Origin: a virus
Length of the DNA: 64,000 nt
Reading direction: 5' to 3' (one strand)
Virus record (IMG/VR): IMGVR_UViG_3300046001_006524
Location: 5,205 to 69,204 of that record
Shown piece after piece: positions 8,801 through 18,324 of this stretch; within the stretch, counting starts at the first letter, position 1; the number at the start of each line of letters is the position of its first letter. Both the position numbers and the translations under genes were made by a program. The notes beneath the pieces were generated by a model. That model saw only the letters and a list, made by a program, of their open reading frames with translations. It ran no database searches and was not told the DNA's origin.

Positions 8801-11800
8801 TCAACACAGCTTCTTCCGCTTTCTTTAAATTAACTTCCGCTTCCGTAATCAGTTTTTCAAGTTCTTTTATACGTTTGTCTGCTTCTGTTAGTTTAGCAAG
8901 TACTTCATCGCTTATTACACCGTTATTTAAAGCCTTGTGAGCATCTATTTGTGTTGTTAGGTTATATTTTAAGGATGACGAATTATAAACGTCTTGTAGG
9001 GCTGAAATAAACCTTCCCGCTTCAATAGTTTCTTGACCAAATTCATCTGTAATGTCGGCAATTATTTTAGCGTGGATAGCTTCTAATTCTTGTCTTTGCT
9101 CTTGGTTGGTATTTGCGTTAATTTCATCAACTAAAATACTGATAATTTTAGAGTAAACATACGCTTTTTCAGCACCTTTGATTTTATTATCTCTTACAGC
9201 TTGTAGTGCATTTTCTGAACCTACTTCATTTACAAAGTTTTCCGCATTTCTTTTAGCGATTTCTCTGTTTTCAATTCTGTAATCCAAACCATTTCTTTCA
9301 ATAGCATCAGTTATTTCTTTAGAATTTCCACCTTCAAACGCTCTATTTAATAATGATTTTTTTCCAGCCTTTCTCTGAAATTCATCTTTCTCAACTTTAG
9401 GCTCAACAACTTTAGGCGCAACTTTCGGTTTTTCACCATCTAATTTTGCTTTTACGTCATTAGGGTTTAATTCTATGCCGAATTTGTCTTTTATTTTAGC
9501 GAGAACTTGTTTAATAGCTTCATTAACGTCTATTCCTGCCGAAATTAGTTGTTTTACTTTTTCTGCAACAAAATCTATAAGTTGGTCTTGTGTATATCCT
9601 TGACCTTTTAAGTTTGGGTCGTTTACGCCAGGAAGTAAATCTTTTACATATTGAGCAGCTTTGTCAATTTTGGCGTTGGCTTTTTCTTTTTGGGTTGGTT
9701 TTACATCTTGCGGAACTACATTTTTTGCATCAAATACAAAATATTCATTTGCATCTTCATACTCACCTATAATTGAATCATATCCAGCTTCTTCGATAAT
9801 ACTTCGTGTTTTTTCTGTATTACCCACGAACATAAATGTAGATTCGTCTGTTTTTGGGTCAAAAATAGCCCTACTAATTGAACCAAATTTTCCGTCTTTT
9901 ATTTGACCGTCTATAATGTTTTTTACAAATTGCTCTGAAAGCCCATATCTTTCGTTAAGAATTTTAATTAATTTTTTGGCTTCAGGCGTATTTGGATCAA
10001 TAGTTCCCCTTATGTCGTAAGGCTTGCTAATTGTTAATTTAGCTTTTTTGACGATTGCCTTATGGTCATTTTTAACATCATCTTCTAAATTCTGTCTTGT
10101 TATTGAATATTTCATTGCAATACCTTTGCCGTCAGTAAATGAAATACCTTTACCAAATCTTGTATTTCCTGAATAACTTTCAGTACTATAACTCTCAAAG
10201 TCTTTACCCGTTCCGTGATAAACTTCTACATCGGCAGTTTCATCTTTACCCGTTCTCCAATTATATGTTGTTTCTTGGTATATTTTACTATTAGAAGTTG
10301 TTTCTTTAATTTGTAAAAACACATCTACTGCATTATCTTTGGTTAAATTCTCTTTTGCTTTAATATAATCATAACCTTTACTTGATAACAACTCTTGAAA
10401 TCCTTTATTTTCAAGCAAAGAGTGTATTCTAACTGTTTGCGATTTAGATAATGATTCATCCGTGATTGCAATCGCATCTCTTATTTCTTGTTGAGATACA
10501 CCAAACATTTCACCTAATTTATCTGAAATTTTAGCGTATTCCGTAACCAAAAATGGGAAATCAAAAACTTTTCCAGTAATGGTATGCTCTATAATTTCAC
10601 CGTCAGACTTCCCTTTTCCTTTAACGCTATTTGCAAATTTTCCCGCAAAATCTTTTGATGTAGTAAACCATTTTCCTGTTTGACCTTTTTGCTGACCTCT
10701 GAATACTTTTTGTCCTATGTTTTTATCTACACTTTCTGATTTTGTTTCCTTAGCATCCAATTCCTTAATAAATTCATCAAAAGATAATTTTCTATTTTTG
10801 GCAAATTCAATAATTTCAGCATCGGTCATTTGCTCTAAATGAGATACGGATTGCGTATGTATATCTTCATCGTCTGCCAAATTCATATTATGCAATTTTT
10901 CATAAAGAATTAAATCGTTTAAATCGCTCTCTGTCATTTTACCATAAGGCGTGTCGATTAAATTCTCTCCACTTTCATTTACTTGCTCATTCGCAACTTC
11001 ACTATTATTTCGGCTATTAAAATCTAATGCCATTGCTTTTGGCGTATTGAAATTATTTACAACATCAATTAATGCGTTTCTAATTTCTTCATCAGATATA
11101 TTTAGTTTTTTACCATATTGCTCCCAAAGTTTATGAACTATTTTGTTAAATGGCAATCCGCCTTTAGTATCTTTTCTAATATATTGTGAACGGGCAACAA
11201 CTTCACTTGTAGGGTAATTTTTAGACGCGATTACTTCTTTTAAGCCACTTGCAGTCATTCTGCCACCGCCTATAAAGAATTGTTGAACCCAATCAGTAGG
11301 TGTATTTGCTTCTACGGATAATGCACGTAACATTTCCGTATCTTTAATTTTACGCTTGTCTAATGGTGTTTTACCACGTTGTGAAGGTTTCTTTAATTGC
11401 TTTCCTTCTTCTGCTTGTTCAGGTATTCCACTATCTTTCTGTACGCTTCCTTCTTCTGGGCTAACGTTGCCTTTACTTGTGGTTTTTGTTTGCTTTCCAT
11501 TTTCTTTATTTGGTTTTTCTTGATTTGCTATAATATCATTAAATTCTTCATCTAAGAAATTTGCAATATCATCAAAGTTAATATTTTTTTCTTGATTTGC
11601 TATATTATTATCCTTTACTTCAACATCTCCTTTATCTGATTTAGGTTGGGGAGTTTCGGTAGGTTTTCCTATTGCGGATTCAACCGCTTTTACGAGTTCG
11701 GGATTTGAGCCGTCTTTTTTTGCTTTGTGGTAGGCTTCTGAAACAGTTTTGTAATTAGATTGTTTAAATAATTTATCGTCAGTTACCGCATATTTAAAAT

Positions 11801-14800
11801 CGGTTACACCTAAAGCTAATTGCGCCTTTACTCTATTATTTCCGTCTAATATTTTACCATTTTTATCAAGTAAAATTACATTATTAGGTAACTCACCTCC
11901 ATTTTTTAAAAACTCATAAATTTTATACGCACTTCCTATTTCTTTATCTATCTTTTCAGGACTATTTATATATCTATCAAAAGGTAATGCGTAGTCGCTT
12001 TGTTTTATATCTTTATAGTTTATTGTTCCCTTAATTGGCAATGTATTAATAGCAAAAGCAAAAGATTCGTTTTCGGGAATAATATCCTTCAAAGCCTTAG
12101 TTGTGGCATCAATTTCCTTTACTTCAACATCTCCTTTATCTGCAACAGGTTCAATGGCGGGTTGTATAATTTCGTCTTGCCCTTGTTGTATGTTTTGTTC
12201 AACGTTAGGTTGAATGTTTGCATTAGGTGTAATATCTCCTTGCGTTTGTTTTTCATTGGTGATTTCTTTTATAGGCGCAACTTGGTTTTTTTCGTTAGAT
12301 GCGTAATTTTTAAAACCTTCAATATCTTTTTTTGAACCTAAAATGTGAATCTGATTAGATTCAAAAGCAACCAACTCTACTGTCTTTCCGTTTGCGTCTT
12401 TTGCTATTACCCCATCATAACCTTCGGCTTTTAGTTTGTTTAATTGTTTCGTGTTTATGGATTCATAATTAAACTTGAAAGGATTACTCATTGTTGATTT
12501 ATGAGCATTAACTATTTTCGGATTTTTTAAATCTGTAACAACACTCATTGTTACTGGATTTTTATAGTTTCTTTCACCATGTGAATCTGCATATTCTTTA
12601 AAAGCAGTAAAATAGCTACCCCAGTAATTTAATCCAATAGATGGGATGCTAACGCCTTTTCTATGAGTGTCAAATTCATTATACATTTCTCCACCGCTAT
12701 GGTAAAGTATTTCTTTGTTTTTATTATTAGGGAAAATGGTTTCTAAATAATCCGCATATTGTTCTTTTGTTCCCGTTTCCTGCAATTCAATATTATTTTC
12801 ATGAACATACTTTACTTCCGAATCATTTTTATATGTTCCTTTTTCAATAGGCGAAATTTCCTCATTTGCCTTATTATCTACCTTTTCGGGTATAATTTCA
12901 GCAGTTTCAATAGTTTTTGTACCCTCTTGGGTATTGTTTGGTGTTTCTTCAACTTTAGGGTTTACAATTTCATTTTTTTGAGCTTCTAATGCAGTAAACT
13001 TTTGCTCTAAATCTTTTTCTAAAACCTTTTTAACTTCTGGTGATATTTTATCATCATTTACCAATTCAATAAACGATTGGTTTACTTTTTTCATTTCGCC
13101 ATCAACTTCAAGTACATTTTTAACTTGTTCGTCTGATAAATTATCAACTTTGGCTATTTCCGCTTTTTGTATCTCTGCGGTTTCGCCATCTACTTGCTCT
13201 ATCTTCGCTTGTAACGCATTTTTAATACTTTCTGAATCAACTACGCCTAATTCCTTTTTTAAGGCTTCTGACATCGCTGAATTTTCATTTATTTTTTTTG
13301 TAGTTTCCGCACTTCTTGTTTTGGTTGAAACATATCCTTTTACACCACTCATTGAACCTCCGACAAAACCTCCAATAATACTTGCATCAATAGAGTTTTT
13401 TAGGATTTGCAACATAGAAACATCTTTTCCTGCAACTAATTTATCCGATAAGTCTTGTGTAATTGATGTTAATCCCTCTGAACCACCCTCAATTCCAATA
13501 TCTTTTAATATGGTTTTTACTAAATTTTCTGAAATTTCTTTTGCAACTTCCTTATTTCCTAATGCCATTTTTTTAATAGGCTCGAAAATTCCTTGTGTAT
13601 ATTTTTCAAAAAATGCTTCCGAAGTACCGTTTATTAATGAATTTGCTACGGTTTTTAAACCCAAATCCGCACCTTCTCTTTCTTGCGATTCTTGTTTTTG
13701 TGATGCCGTACTTGCACCTATTGTAGCTAAACCTCCTGGCGATAATGCTAAAACCATAGACGGCAAAGATTCAACCGCGCCTTGTATAACTCTATAAGAC
13801 GCTCGTTTAAAATCACCATTGCTAATATCATCAACAATGTTACCCTCGTATTGTATGGTTTTTTCAGAAAGTTTTTCCGCTTTGTCTGTAAGAAAGTTTT
13901 GTGCTTCTGCTGAATTTTGTATTCTGCTTATTTGTTCAGGACTTCCGCTTGCTAATAATATTTCTCTTGCTTCTTTTGGTAATTTATTTAATTCGGCTAA
14001 AGATTCTTTGTCAAGTACTATTGATGCAGTTAATTTATTAATAAAATTATCTATTCCAGCAACTCCAGCTAATGCAGTAAGTCCACCGCTTTTAAATCTG
14101 TTTGTTAAATCTCTTGTAACGCTAATTTCCTCTTTATGCTTTTGAATTTTAATAGGCAAATCGCCTTGTTTATCCACAGAAAAAGGCTCTGTAAAATCAG
14201 GTGTTTTAGTTTGTGTTTTTAGGTCGTAAGATTCGGGTTTTCGCATTTTAAATATTGCGTACTCACCCGTTCCGTCAAGATATTCATTAGTTCTGTCAGA
14301 ATATTTTTCAGTATAATCACTATGTGTAAATACCCATTTTCCTTTAGCGTCTTTACTCCATTCGCCACCTTGCGTTTCTTTACTACTATATTTACTCTCA
14401 TCACTAAAAGTAGGGTGTCCTGGTTGTTTGTATTTATCTATGAAATGAGCATCTGTGGATTCGCCTAATATTTCATCACGCCATTTATCTTCATTTTTCC
14501 AAAATCCCCTATAATCATAAAATTGACCTTCTGAATCAGGATTTTCACTAAGATTTTTATATTTACTAACCTTTGAATACCATTCTTTAAATTTAGATTC
14601 TTCGTCTGAATTTAATTTAGTCTTGTAATCGTTAGTTTTTAGTTTTGGAATATCATCTTTCTTCTCAAAATCAAAAGGCTCACTAAAAGATTTTTTCTGC
14701 GTTTTTAAGTCGTAAGATTCTTGTGTACCCGAAGAAATAGGTTGCGTAATTGGTTTCGTAGGCGATTCCACATTTTGCTCTTGAACAGTAGGTTGTGATT

Positions 14801-14951
14801 CTTCGTATTGCTTTTGTAAAGAAGGCTCTGATATGGTTTTTTTTTTTACATTCTTATCAGATTCATACATAGTAATTAGTGACCTTAAATCATTGTCACT
14901 TGCGCCACTTGCTTTAGCATTGTTTAAAAGTGCTTTTAATTCTTCATCCAT
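5802..14951 (-). CDS. giant polyvalent internal virion / DNA-ejection protein with three ADP-ribosyltransferase-like (ART-PolyVal) domains, a ParB/Srx-like domain and long coiled coils
   Basis: 3049 aa, last of three ejection-type genes. ART-like motifs LYHSG..GSYFT..GYDGVI..ELVAFESNQI, VFRGQ..GKWFTT..GYDYI and VYHGT..GISFT..GYDSII..EYFVFD. ParB-like ILDGNNR. Confidence 0.75.
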   Translation of the reverse strand: MDEELKALLNNAKASGASDNDLRSLITMYESDKNVKKKTISEPSLQKQYEESQPTVQEQNVESPTKPITQPISSGTQESYDLKTQKKSFSEPFDFEKKDDIPKLKTNDYKTKLNSDEESKFKEWYSKVSKYKNLSENPDSEGQFYDYRGFWKNEDKWRDEILGESTDAHFIDKYKQPGHPTFSDESKYSSKETQGGEWSKDAKGKWVFTHSDYTEKYSDRTNEYLDGTGEYAIFKMRKPESYDLKTQTKTPDFTEPFSVDKQGDLPIKIQKHKEEISVTRDLTNRFKSGGLTALAGVAGIDNFINKLTASIVLDKESLAELNKLPKEAREILLASGSPEQISRIQNSAEAQNFLTDKAEKLSEKTIQYEGNIVDDISNGDFKRASYRVIQGAVESLPSMVLALSPGGLATIGASTASQKQESQEREGADLGLKTVANSLINGTSEAFFEKYTQGIFEPIKKMALGNKEVAKEISENLVKTILKDIGIEGGSEGLTSITQDLSDKLVAGKDVSMLQILKNSIDASIIGGFVGGSMSGVKGYVSTKTRSAETTKKINENSAMSEALKKELGVVDSESIKNALQAKIEQVDGETAEIQKAEIAKVDNLSDEQVKNVLEVDGEMKKVNQSFIELVNDDKISPEVKKVLEKDLEQKFTALEAQKNEIVNPKVEETPNNTQEGTKTIETAEIIPEKVDNKANEEISPIEKGTYKNDSEVKYVHENNIELQETGTKEQYADYLETIFPNNKNKEILYHSGGEMYNEFDTHRKGVSIPSIGLNYWGSYFTAFKEYADSHGERNYKNPVTMSVVTDLKNPKIVNAHKSTMSNPFKFNYESINTKQLNKLKAEGYDGVIAKDANGKTVELVAFESNQIHILGSKKDIEGFKNYASNEKNQVAPIKEITNEKQTQGDITPNANIQPNVEQNIQQGQDEIIQPAIEPVADKGDVEVKEIDATTKALKDIIPENESFAFAINTLPIKGTINYKDIKQSDYALPFDRYINSPEKIDKEIGSAYKIYEFLKNGGELPNNVILLDKNGKILDGNNRVKAQLALGVTDFKYAVTDDKLFKQSNYKTVSEAYHKAKKDGSNPELVKAVESAIGKPTETPQPKSDKGDVEVKDNNIANQEKNINFDDIANFLDEEFNDIIANQEKPNKENGKQTKTTSKGNVSPEEGSVQKDSGIPEQAEEGKQLKKPSQRGKTPLDKRKIKDTEMLRALSVEANTPTDWVQQFFIGGGRMTASGLKEVIASKNYPTSEVVARSQYIRKDTKGGLPFNKIVHKLWEQYGKKLNISDEEIRNALIDVVNNFNTPKAMALDFNSRNNSEVANEQVNESGENLIDTPYGKMTESDLNDLILYEKLHNMNLADDEDIHTQSVSHLEQMTDAEIIEFAKNRKLSFDEFIKELDAKETKSESVDKNIGQKVFRGQQKGQTGKWFTTSKDFAGKFANSVKGKGKSDGEIIEHTITGKVFDFPFLVTEYAKISDKLGEMFGVSQQEIRDAIAITDESLSKSQTVRIHSLLENKGFQELLSSKGYDYIKAKENLTKDNAVDVFLQIKETTSNSKIYQETTYNWRTGKDETADVEVYHGTGKDFESYSTESYSGNTRFGKGISFTDGKGIAMKYSITRQNLEDDVKNDHKAIVKKAKLTISKPYDIRGTIDPNTPEAKKLIKILNERYGLSEQFVKNIIDGQIKDGKFGSISRAIFDPKTDESTFMFVGNTEKTRSIIEEAGYDSIIGEYEDANEYFVFDAKNVVPQDVKPTQKEKANAKIDKAAQYVKDLLPGVNDPNLKGQGYTQDQLIDFVAEKVKQLISAGIDVNEAIKQVLAKIKDKFGIELNPNDVKAKLDGEKPKVAPKVVEPKVEKDEFQRKAGKKSLLNRAFEGGNSKEITDAIERNGLDYRIENREIAKRNAENFVNEVGSENALQAVRDNKIKGAEKAYVYSKIISILVDEINANTNQEQRQELEAIHAKIIADITDEFGQETIEAGRFISALQDVYNSSSLKYNLTTQIDAHKALNNGVISDEVLAKLTEADKRIKELEKLITEAEVNLKKAEEAVLIKNIKDDIDKANKKDSKSKSALTKEETAEYNQIRRELFGVFNDITRVATLLADPKFRRYLQLAFKSVKGDFNNFSKQLLKELGKGVRKHLPQLFKEAGGKSDVSVTQLSTVKIGKKGNIVIPTQLFRDYVEQGETDIDVIAGLIKEDIADEFPDADIRDIRDAITGYGKRINPSRDEVQAEMSRLKIVGKLISAYEDALQGIRPLKSGLQRAKPTQQMREMRKEINRLIKEIGLSEADLEREWASALDRAKTQLKNQIEDLDKQIANGEKRKIERNPVKLDDEAKELRAIRDAKKKILDELVGKPELTEEELIARAEKSLELSIEKLQKEIASGEVEFKTRPDAKQSDKLTELRAQKKALTEIKNDMRAEAGLVEAQRMKTTKNRVKNQITELKRKIEAKEYAKKVVRPLREDAELLKLRAEKLLQQEIFDAQKYQDELKNRSLGRKFLDGLLEVWNIERILRATGELSTVLIQGGILTTSRKFTNPKELAKIMGKLFTAIGSAKKSDQMAAMIKAHPDYPLAMKAKLALANPDYKSDVREENYTGDYANFAWDLPFTLAGASKKGTKLSNIQKSVLGDIILNPFKRLTGLGKIGTDKVSTKQQWKNINPFRALERGSTLYMNTLRIEEFARGVEMLRMEGKNEIDHLQDYKLLANAINTMSGRANLPTALATNTQALSVIFFSAKNAIAVINQVNPIYYGYLHFASTDGAQFKKTSVANKLAMYNMMRFVTITGATLIALKFAAGKDDDDEDVATIETDPRSSDFMKLKIGNIRWDLFHGQMGVLVLMARLITEQVKSTKDGKVEDLADKRFGQQNRLDLVSSFGRNKLAPSASRLVNYFSTKEKLNPETGEMVRMTPFGKDYDDENSIANIKPMYWDAIKEIKNEDPGALAQFLTVVSAFGWNTGVYGGQTPMSKNELQILMSKRNPEYKEEKTKEEKAKTKTENAEKSKDDELFYRAEAARLGVEYIPLKVKIPANPNGQGRERRGQQDNRPKRGQ
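11611..12142. repeat. 28-bp perfect direct repeat flanking the ParB-like domain
   Basis: TCCTTTACTTCAACATCTCCTTTATCTG at 11611-11638 and 12115-12142, 504 bp apart; encodes DKGDVEVK twice. Confidence 0.9.
14212..14720. repeat. imperfect direct repeat (ESYDLKTQ) flanking an N-terminal domain of the giant protein
   Basis: TGTGTTTTTAGGTCGTAAGATTC (14212-14234) and TGCGTTTTTAAGTCGTAAGATTC (14698-14720), 486 bp apart. Confidence 0.8.
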
Positions 14952-16456
14952 TATTTCCCTGATTTAAAGTTGTTGTAAAATGATTCTGCATTAAATGCCC
15001 CATTGGTTGTTTTTCCACCACCTTTTTTTTCATTCTTTTTTCTTAAAAGGTCTTGTGAAAATTCTTGATAGTTTTTATATCCTTTAGCTTTTGCTATCAG
15101 ATTTATGTCTGTTTCATCAGTTATAGTAATTCTTGTATTAGTCCATTGCTTAGTAGTTTCGTCTTGGGTAGATTCTATTCCCGTAACCGTCATTTCACCA
15201 TCTTCGGACACTTCAATTTGCTCTAATGATAAATAGTTATCGCCATATAGCATCGCTTTTTCTTTAGACGCATCAGTTACAAATATATCACCGCCTTGTG
15301 TTGACATTTTTGGACTCCAACCATTAATCCATAAATCATTTTTAGTACCATTTCCTTTCAGCACATTTCCTTTTGAATCTGTTGCTGGTGTAAATCCGTC
15401 AATTCCGCTTTGGTCTGCTGTTTTTTCGGCTTTTGCATCCTGACTTTTCTGATGATTAAATTTAGCTAATGCCAAATCGTAATTTTTACCCTGCCAATCA
15501 GTAGTTTTATTATCAGTAGTATTATAAGAGTTAATTACTTTTTGTGCTAAATTGTCTTTTAGTTTTGTAAATTCAGCTTCAGTAAGTGAATTGTAATCAA
15601 TTTTATTCCAATCTGATGCCAATGATTTTCCGTCATTTGTCATAGACGCTAAATCAGCACCCATTCTCGCATCAATTTCAGCTTTCAAACTTTCTAATTT
15701 GCCCATATCAAAACCGACATATTCAGTACCGTCAGTTTTTTTAGTTACTGTACCGTAGTTTTGTTTTGTTTGTGTAGCGAATCCTTGTGCATCAAATTTG
15801 TTTGCACCTTGAAGTTTATTTGGATCTAAAACATCTTGAACGCTAATTTTATCCATACCGTCAACTTTGCCGTCACCATTTGCGTCAAATCCTTCATTTT
15901 TTACATAAACAGTACCGTCTTTATTAAACTCGTAGTTGTATTTCATTCCATCTATCATCTTATTGTAATTTGATAGCATATCTTTGTTTAACTCTGGGCT
16001 TAAAGTACCGTCTGCAATTCCTTTCGCAATGGCTTCTCGTCTTTGTACGATTCCTTGTTTTAAAGCGTTTATATTGTCAGATGTTTTTAGTAAGTTTTGT
16101 TTAATTATAATAGCTTCTTTGTCTAACGGATTTTTTTGTAGTCTTTCGTAAACATTATTAAATTGCTCTAATGTACCGCCTTGCCTTGTAAATAAATCTA
16201 TTGTTTTCGCATCGTGGCTAACAATTCCTGATTCGTCATACCCTAATCTTTCATAGTCTTTTGCGTATTGGTCTGCCTCTAATTTCTTTTTAGCCGCCAA
16301 TTCATCAACTTCTTTTTTAGTAAGTGCGTCTGTTATTCGCTTTTCCTCACGATGTTTAAATTGCTGGTCTTCTCTGTTTAAAATATCGGTTGCAATATCT
16401 CCTTGAAGTGGTTGTAGTTGAGAAAGAGAGCCAAATTTGCCTGTGCTTTTTGCCAT
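14951..16456 (-). CDS. internal virion / ejection protein (middle)
   Basis: 501 aa, helical and charged, between the small ejection protein and the giant protein. Confidence 0.55.
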   Translation of the reverse strand: MAKSTGKFGSLSQLQPLQGDIATDILNREDQQFKHREEKRITDALTKKEVDELAAKKKLEADQYAKDYERLGYDESGIVSHDAKTIDLFTRQGGTLEQFNNVYERLQKNPLDKEAIIIKQNLLKTSDNINALKQGIVQRREAIAKGIADGTLSPELNKDMLSNYNKMIDGMKYNYEFNKDGTVYVKNEGFDANGDGKVDGMDKISVQDVLDPNKLQGANKFDAQGFATQTKQNYGTVTKKTDGTEYVGFDMGKLESLKAEIDARMGADLASMTNDGKSLASDWNKIDYNSLTEAEFTKLKDNLAQKVINSYNTTDNKTTDWQGKNYDLALAKFNHQKSQDAKAEKTADQSGIDGFTPATDSKGNVLKGNGTKNDLWINGWSPKMSTQGGDIFVTDASKEKAMLYGDNYLSLEQIEVSEDGEMTVTGIESTQDETTKQWTNTRITITDETDINLIAKAKGYKNYQEFSQDLLRKKNEKKGGGKTTNGAFNAESFYNNFKSGK

Positions 16457-16470
16457 TTTAGTTTATTTTA

Positions 16471-17157
16471 TTAATATCCGAATGTCAAAGGATAGTTAGA
16501 TGGATATATAGTATTTTCGCCACCACTTGCAAATTGTAAAGGTGAATTTGATGCTAATTGCGTATTACTACTGTTTGCTTTAAAGCCACCGCCCAAAAGT
16601 GAACTACCTTTTTGTTGGGTTGTTATTGCATTTACTGTTTCATTTGGGGCTTTTGCAAACGCACCATTATCCATTCCATAGGCTAATGATTGGAAGCCAC
16701 CTCTAAGCCCGCTCCACATATTTTGCTGACCTACCGCCATTTGATTACCCAATCCCGCAACATCACTTTGGTATCTTTGCTCATTCATTTGTCGTAATCT
16801 CATATCATCTTCCGCTATGGCATAACTTCTTTGCTGAACTTGATTGTCTAAATATGCTCTTGCTTCTTTGTTTTGGTCGTTGTTTATTCCCATTATTCTC
16901 GGAATTGAACCCATAACACTTCTTACACCGCCACTTCTTGCGGAATCTATCATATTAGCCGAAGTCATAGCATTTTGCTCTTTCATTAAATCACTTCCAA
17001 CCGTAGAAATTTGTATATTTTCAAAGGCGTTGTTTAAATCAGGCGTTTCTAAGTTTGCCAAATCTCGTTTTGCCTTATTAGCATCGGTTATTCCTTTTAC
17101 TGTTTGAAATGCTGACATTCCTAATCCAGCTAACGTTAAAGCAGTTGCGACAGCCAT
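16471..17157 (-). CDS. small internal virion / ejection protein (T7 gp14-like position)
   Basis: Ala/Gly-rich hydrophobic N-terminus MAVATALTLAGLGMSAF and Q/N-rich helices; first of the ejection trio. Confidence 0.6.
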   Translation of the reverse strand: MAVATALTLAGLGMSAFQTVKGITDANKAKRDLANLETPDLNNAFENIQISTVGSDLMKEQNAMTSANMIDSARSGGVRSVMGSIPRIMGINNDQNKEARAYLDNQVQQRSYAIAEDDMRLRQMNEQRYQSDVAGLGNQMAVGQQNMWSGLRGGFQSLAYGMDNGAFAKAPNETVNAITTQQKGSSLLGGGFKANSSNTQLASNSPLQFASGGENTIYPSNYPLTFGY

Positions 17158-17209
17158 GTGTTTTGAGTTTAAATTAATACCAACTATAAGAAAATCTTAT
17201 CATTAGTTA

Positions 17210-17271
17210 CAAAGATATAAAGAAATAGTATGAAATAATCAAATAATTGATATAATTTTATTATACTTTTG
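17210..17271. promoter_or_regulatory. back-to-back Bacteroidota promoters
   Basis: TATCTTTG on (-) at 17210-17217 and TACTTTTG on (+) at 17264-17271, with a palindrome at 17249-17267. Confidence 0.75.
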
Positions 17272-17305
17272 ATACATTATTATTAATACTAAATATTTTA
17301 AAGCA

Positions 17306-17554
17306 ATGGAATTAAAAAACAAAAACAGAACGCCTATTTACTACAAAAGTAACGAGGAAATGAATAAGCCCTTAAGTGAATTAATGGAGGAGTTAAGAAA
17401 TGAAATTAACAAAGTAAGAGGGAAATTGTTTGATATTAAAAATACTTATGGATGGGAAGATAGGATTGAATTTATTGAAGGTGGACTTACTTGTATGCTT
17501 GTTTCAATGCACTCAACTATGGAGGAGTGGAAAAAATTTGAAGCTAAAAAATAA
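17306..17554 (+). CDS. hypothetical protein ((+) island 1)
   Basis: 82-aa ORF directly after the (+) promoter. Confidence 0.55.
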   Translation: MELKNKNRTPIYYKSNEEMNKPLSELMEELRNEINKVRGKLFDIKNTYGWEDRIEFIEGGLTCMLVSMHSTMEEWKKFEAKK

Positions 17555-17566
17555 CCAACTCGCCAT

Positions 17567-17968
17567 ATGCTAACATTAAGAAACTTAGAAGAAAAAGACT
17601 ACGAAACCCTACTTGAATATTGGAAGTTTTGGAGATTTCCCGCACCAACAAGAGGAATGTTACCCAAAGATTTAAGTTACAGTTTTGCCGTAATTTATGA
17701 AGGTAATATTTTGAGTGCGGGATTCTTATACGTTACCCCAAGTGAAATAGCGTGGCTTGAATTTATTATCTCAAATCCTAAGATAAAAGACAAGGAGATT
17801 AGGTCTAACGCATTATATTTGCTTATTGATACTATTTGTCAAGTTGCAAAAAATATGGGCTTTAAATCTATGTTTACAAGTGTTAAAAATGAAAATTTAA
17901 TAAAGAAATATGCCGATTGTGGATTTATAAAAGGTTCAACTTCGATAGAAATGATTAAAATATTATAA
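17567..17968 (+). CDS. GNAT-family acetyltransferase
   Basis: LRNLEEKDY..AGFLY..AWLEFIISNP..LIDTICQVAKNMGF..LIKKYADCGF GNAT pattern. Confidence 0.75.
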   Translation: MLTLRNLEEKDYETLLEYWKFWRFPAPTRGMLPKDLSYSFAVIYEGNILSAGFLYVTPSEIAWLEFIISNPKIKDKEIRSNALYLLIDTICQVAKNMGFKSMFTSVKNENLIKKYADCGFIKGSTSIEMIKIL

Positions 17969-18120
17969 AATATGAAAAAATATCTTGATAAATGGCTAAA
18001 CCAAACCAGAGAAGAAGAAATTATAGAAATGTCTAATGCGCTTAATGGAAAGCCTACGTATTCTGATAGTGAGATTGCTATGGGTATGGCTTTTTTGTGT
18101 AAAACTAAATATTATAAACT

Positions 18121-18324
18121 ATGATAACAGAAACTAAAAAACGTTCTTCAGCATCGGAATTATCTTTTATAGATGGTGCTAAAATGATTTATCGAACTTG
18201 GGATATTTCAAAAGATTGCCTTTTTCTTGACTTAAAATTAAAATATGCGATTCCGCTACTTGCTATTTATTTTCTCGTAATGATTGCTTTAATTGTACAA
18301 GGTATTTACTACCAATTATTTTGA
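18121..18324 (+). CDS. small membrane protein
   Basis: C-terminal hydrophobic helix. Confidence 0.45.
   Translation: MITETKKRSSASELSFIDGAKMIYRTWDISKDCLFLDLKLKYAIPLLAIYFLVMIALIVQGIYYQLF

Noticed and set aside
7409-14404. Many short ORFs overlapping the giant gene (e.g. 13150-13797), and similar shadows over the capsid, portal, terminase and methylase genes
   Set aside because: They are antisense or alternative-frame shadows of long, credible genes.
5802-14951. Giant protein as a crAss/N4-type virion RNA polymerase
   Set aside because: No DFDxD-type or other recognisable polymerase motif is visible. The domain content fits a polyvalent ejection protein.
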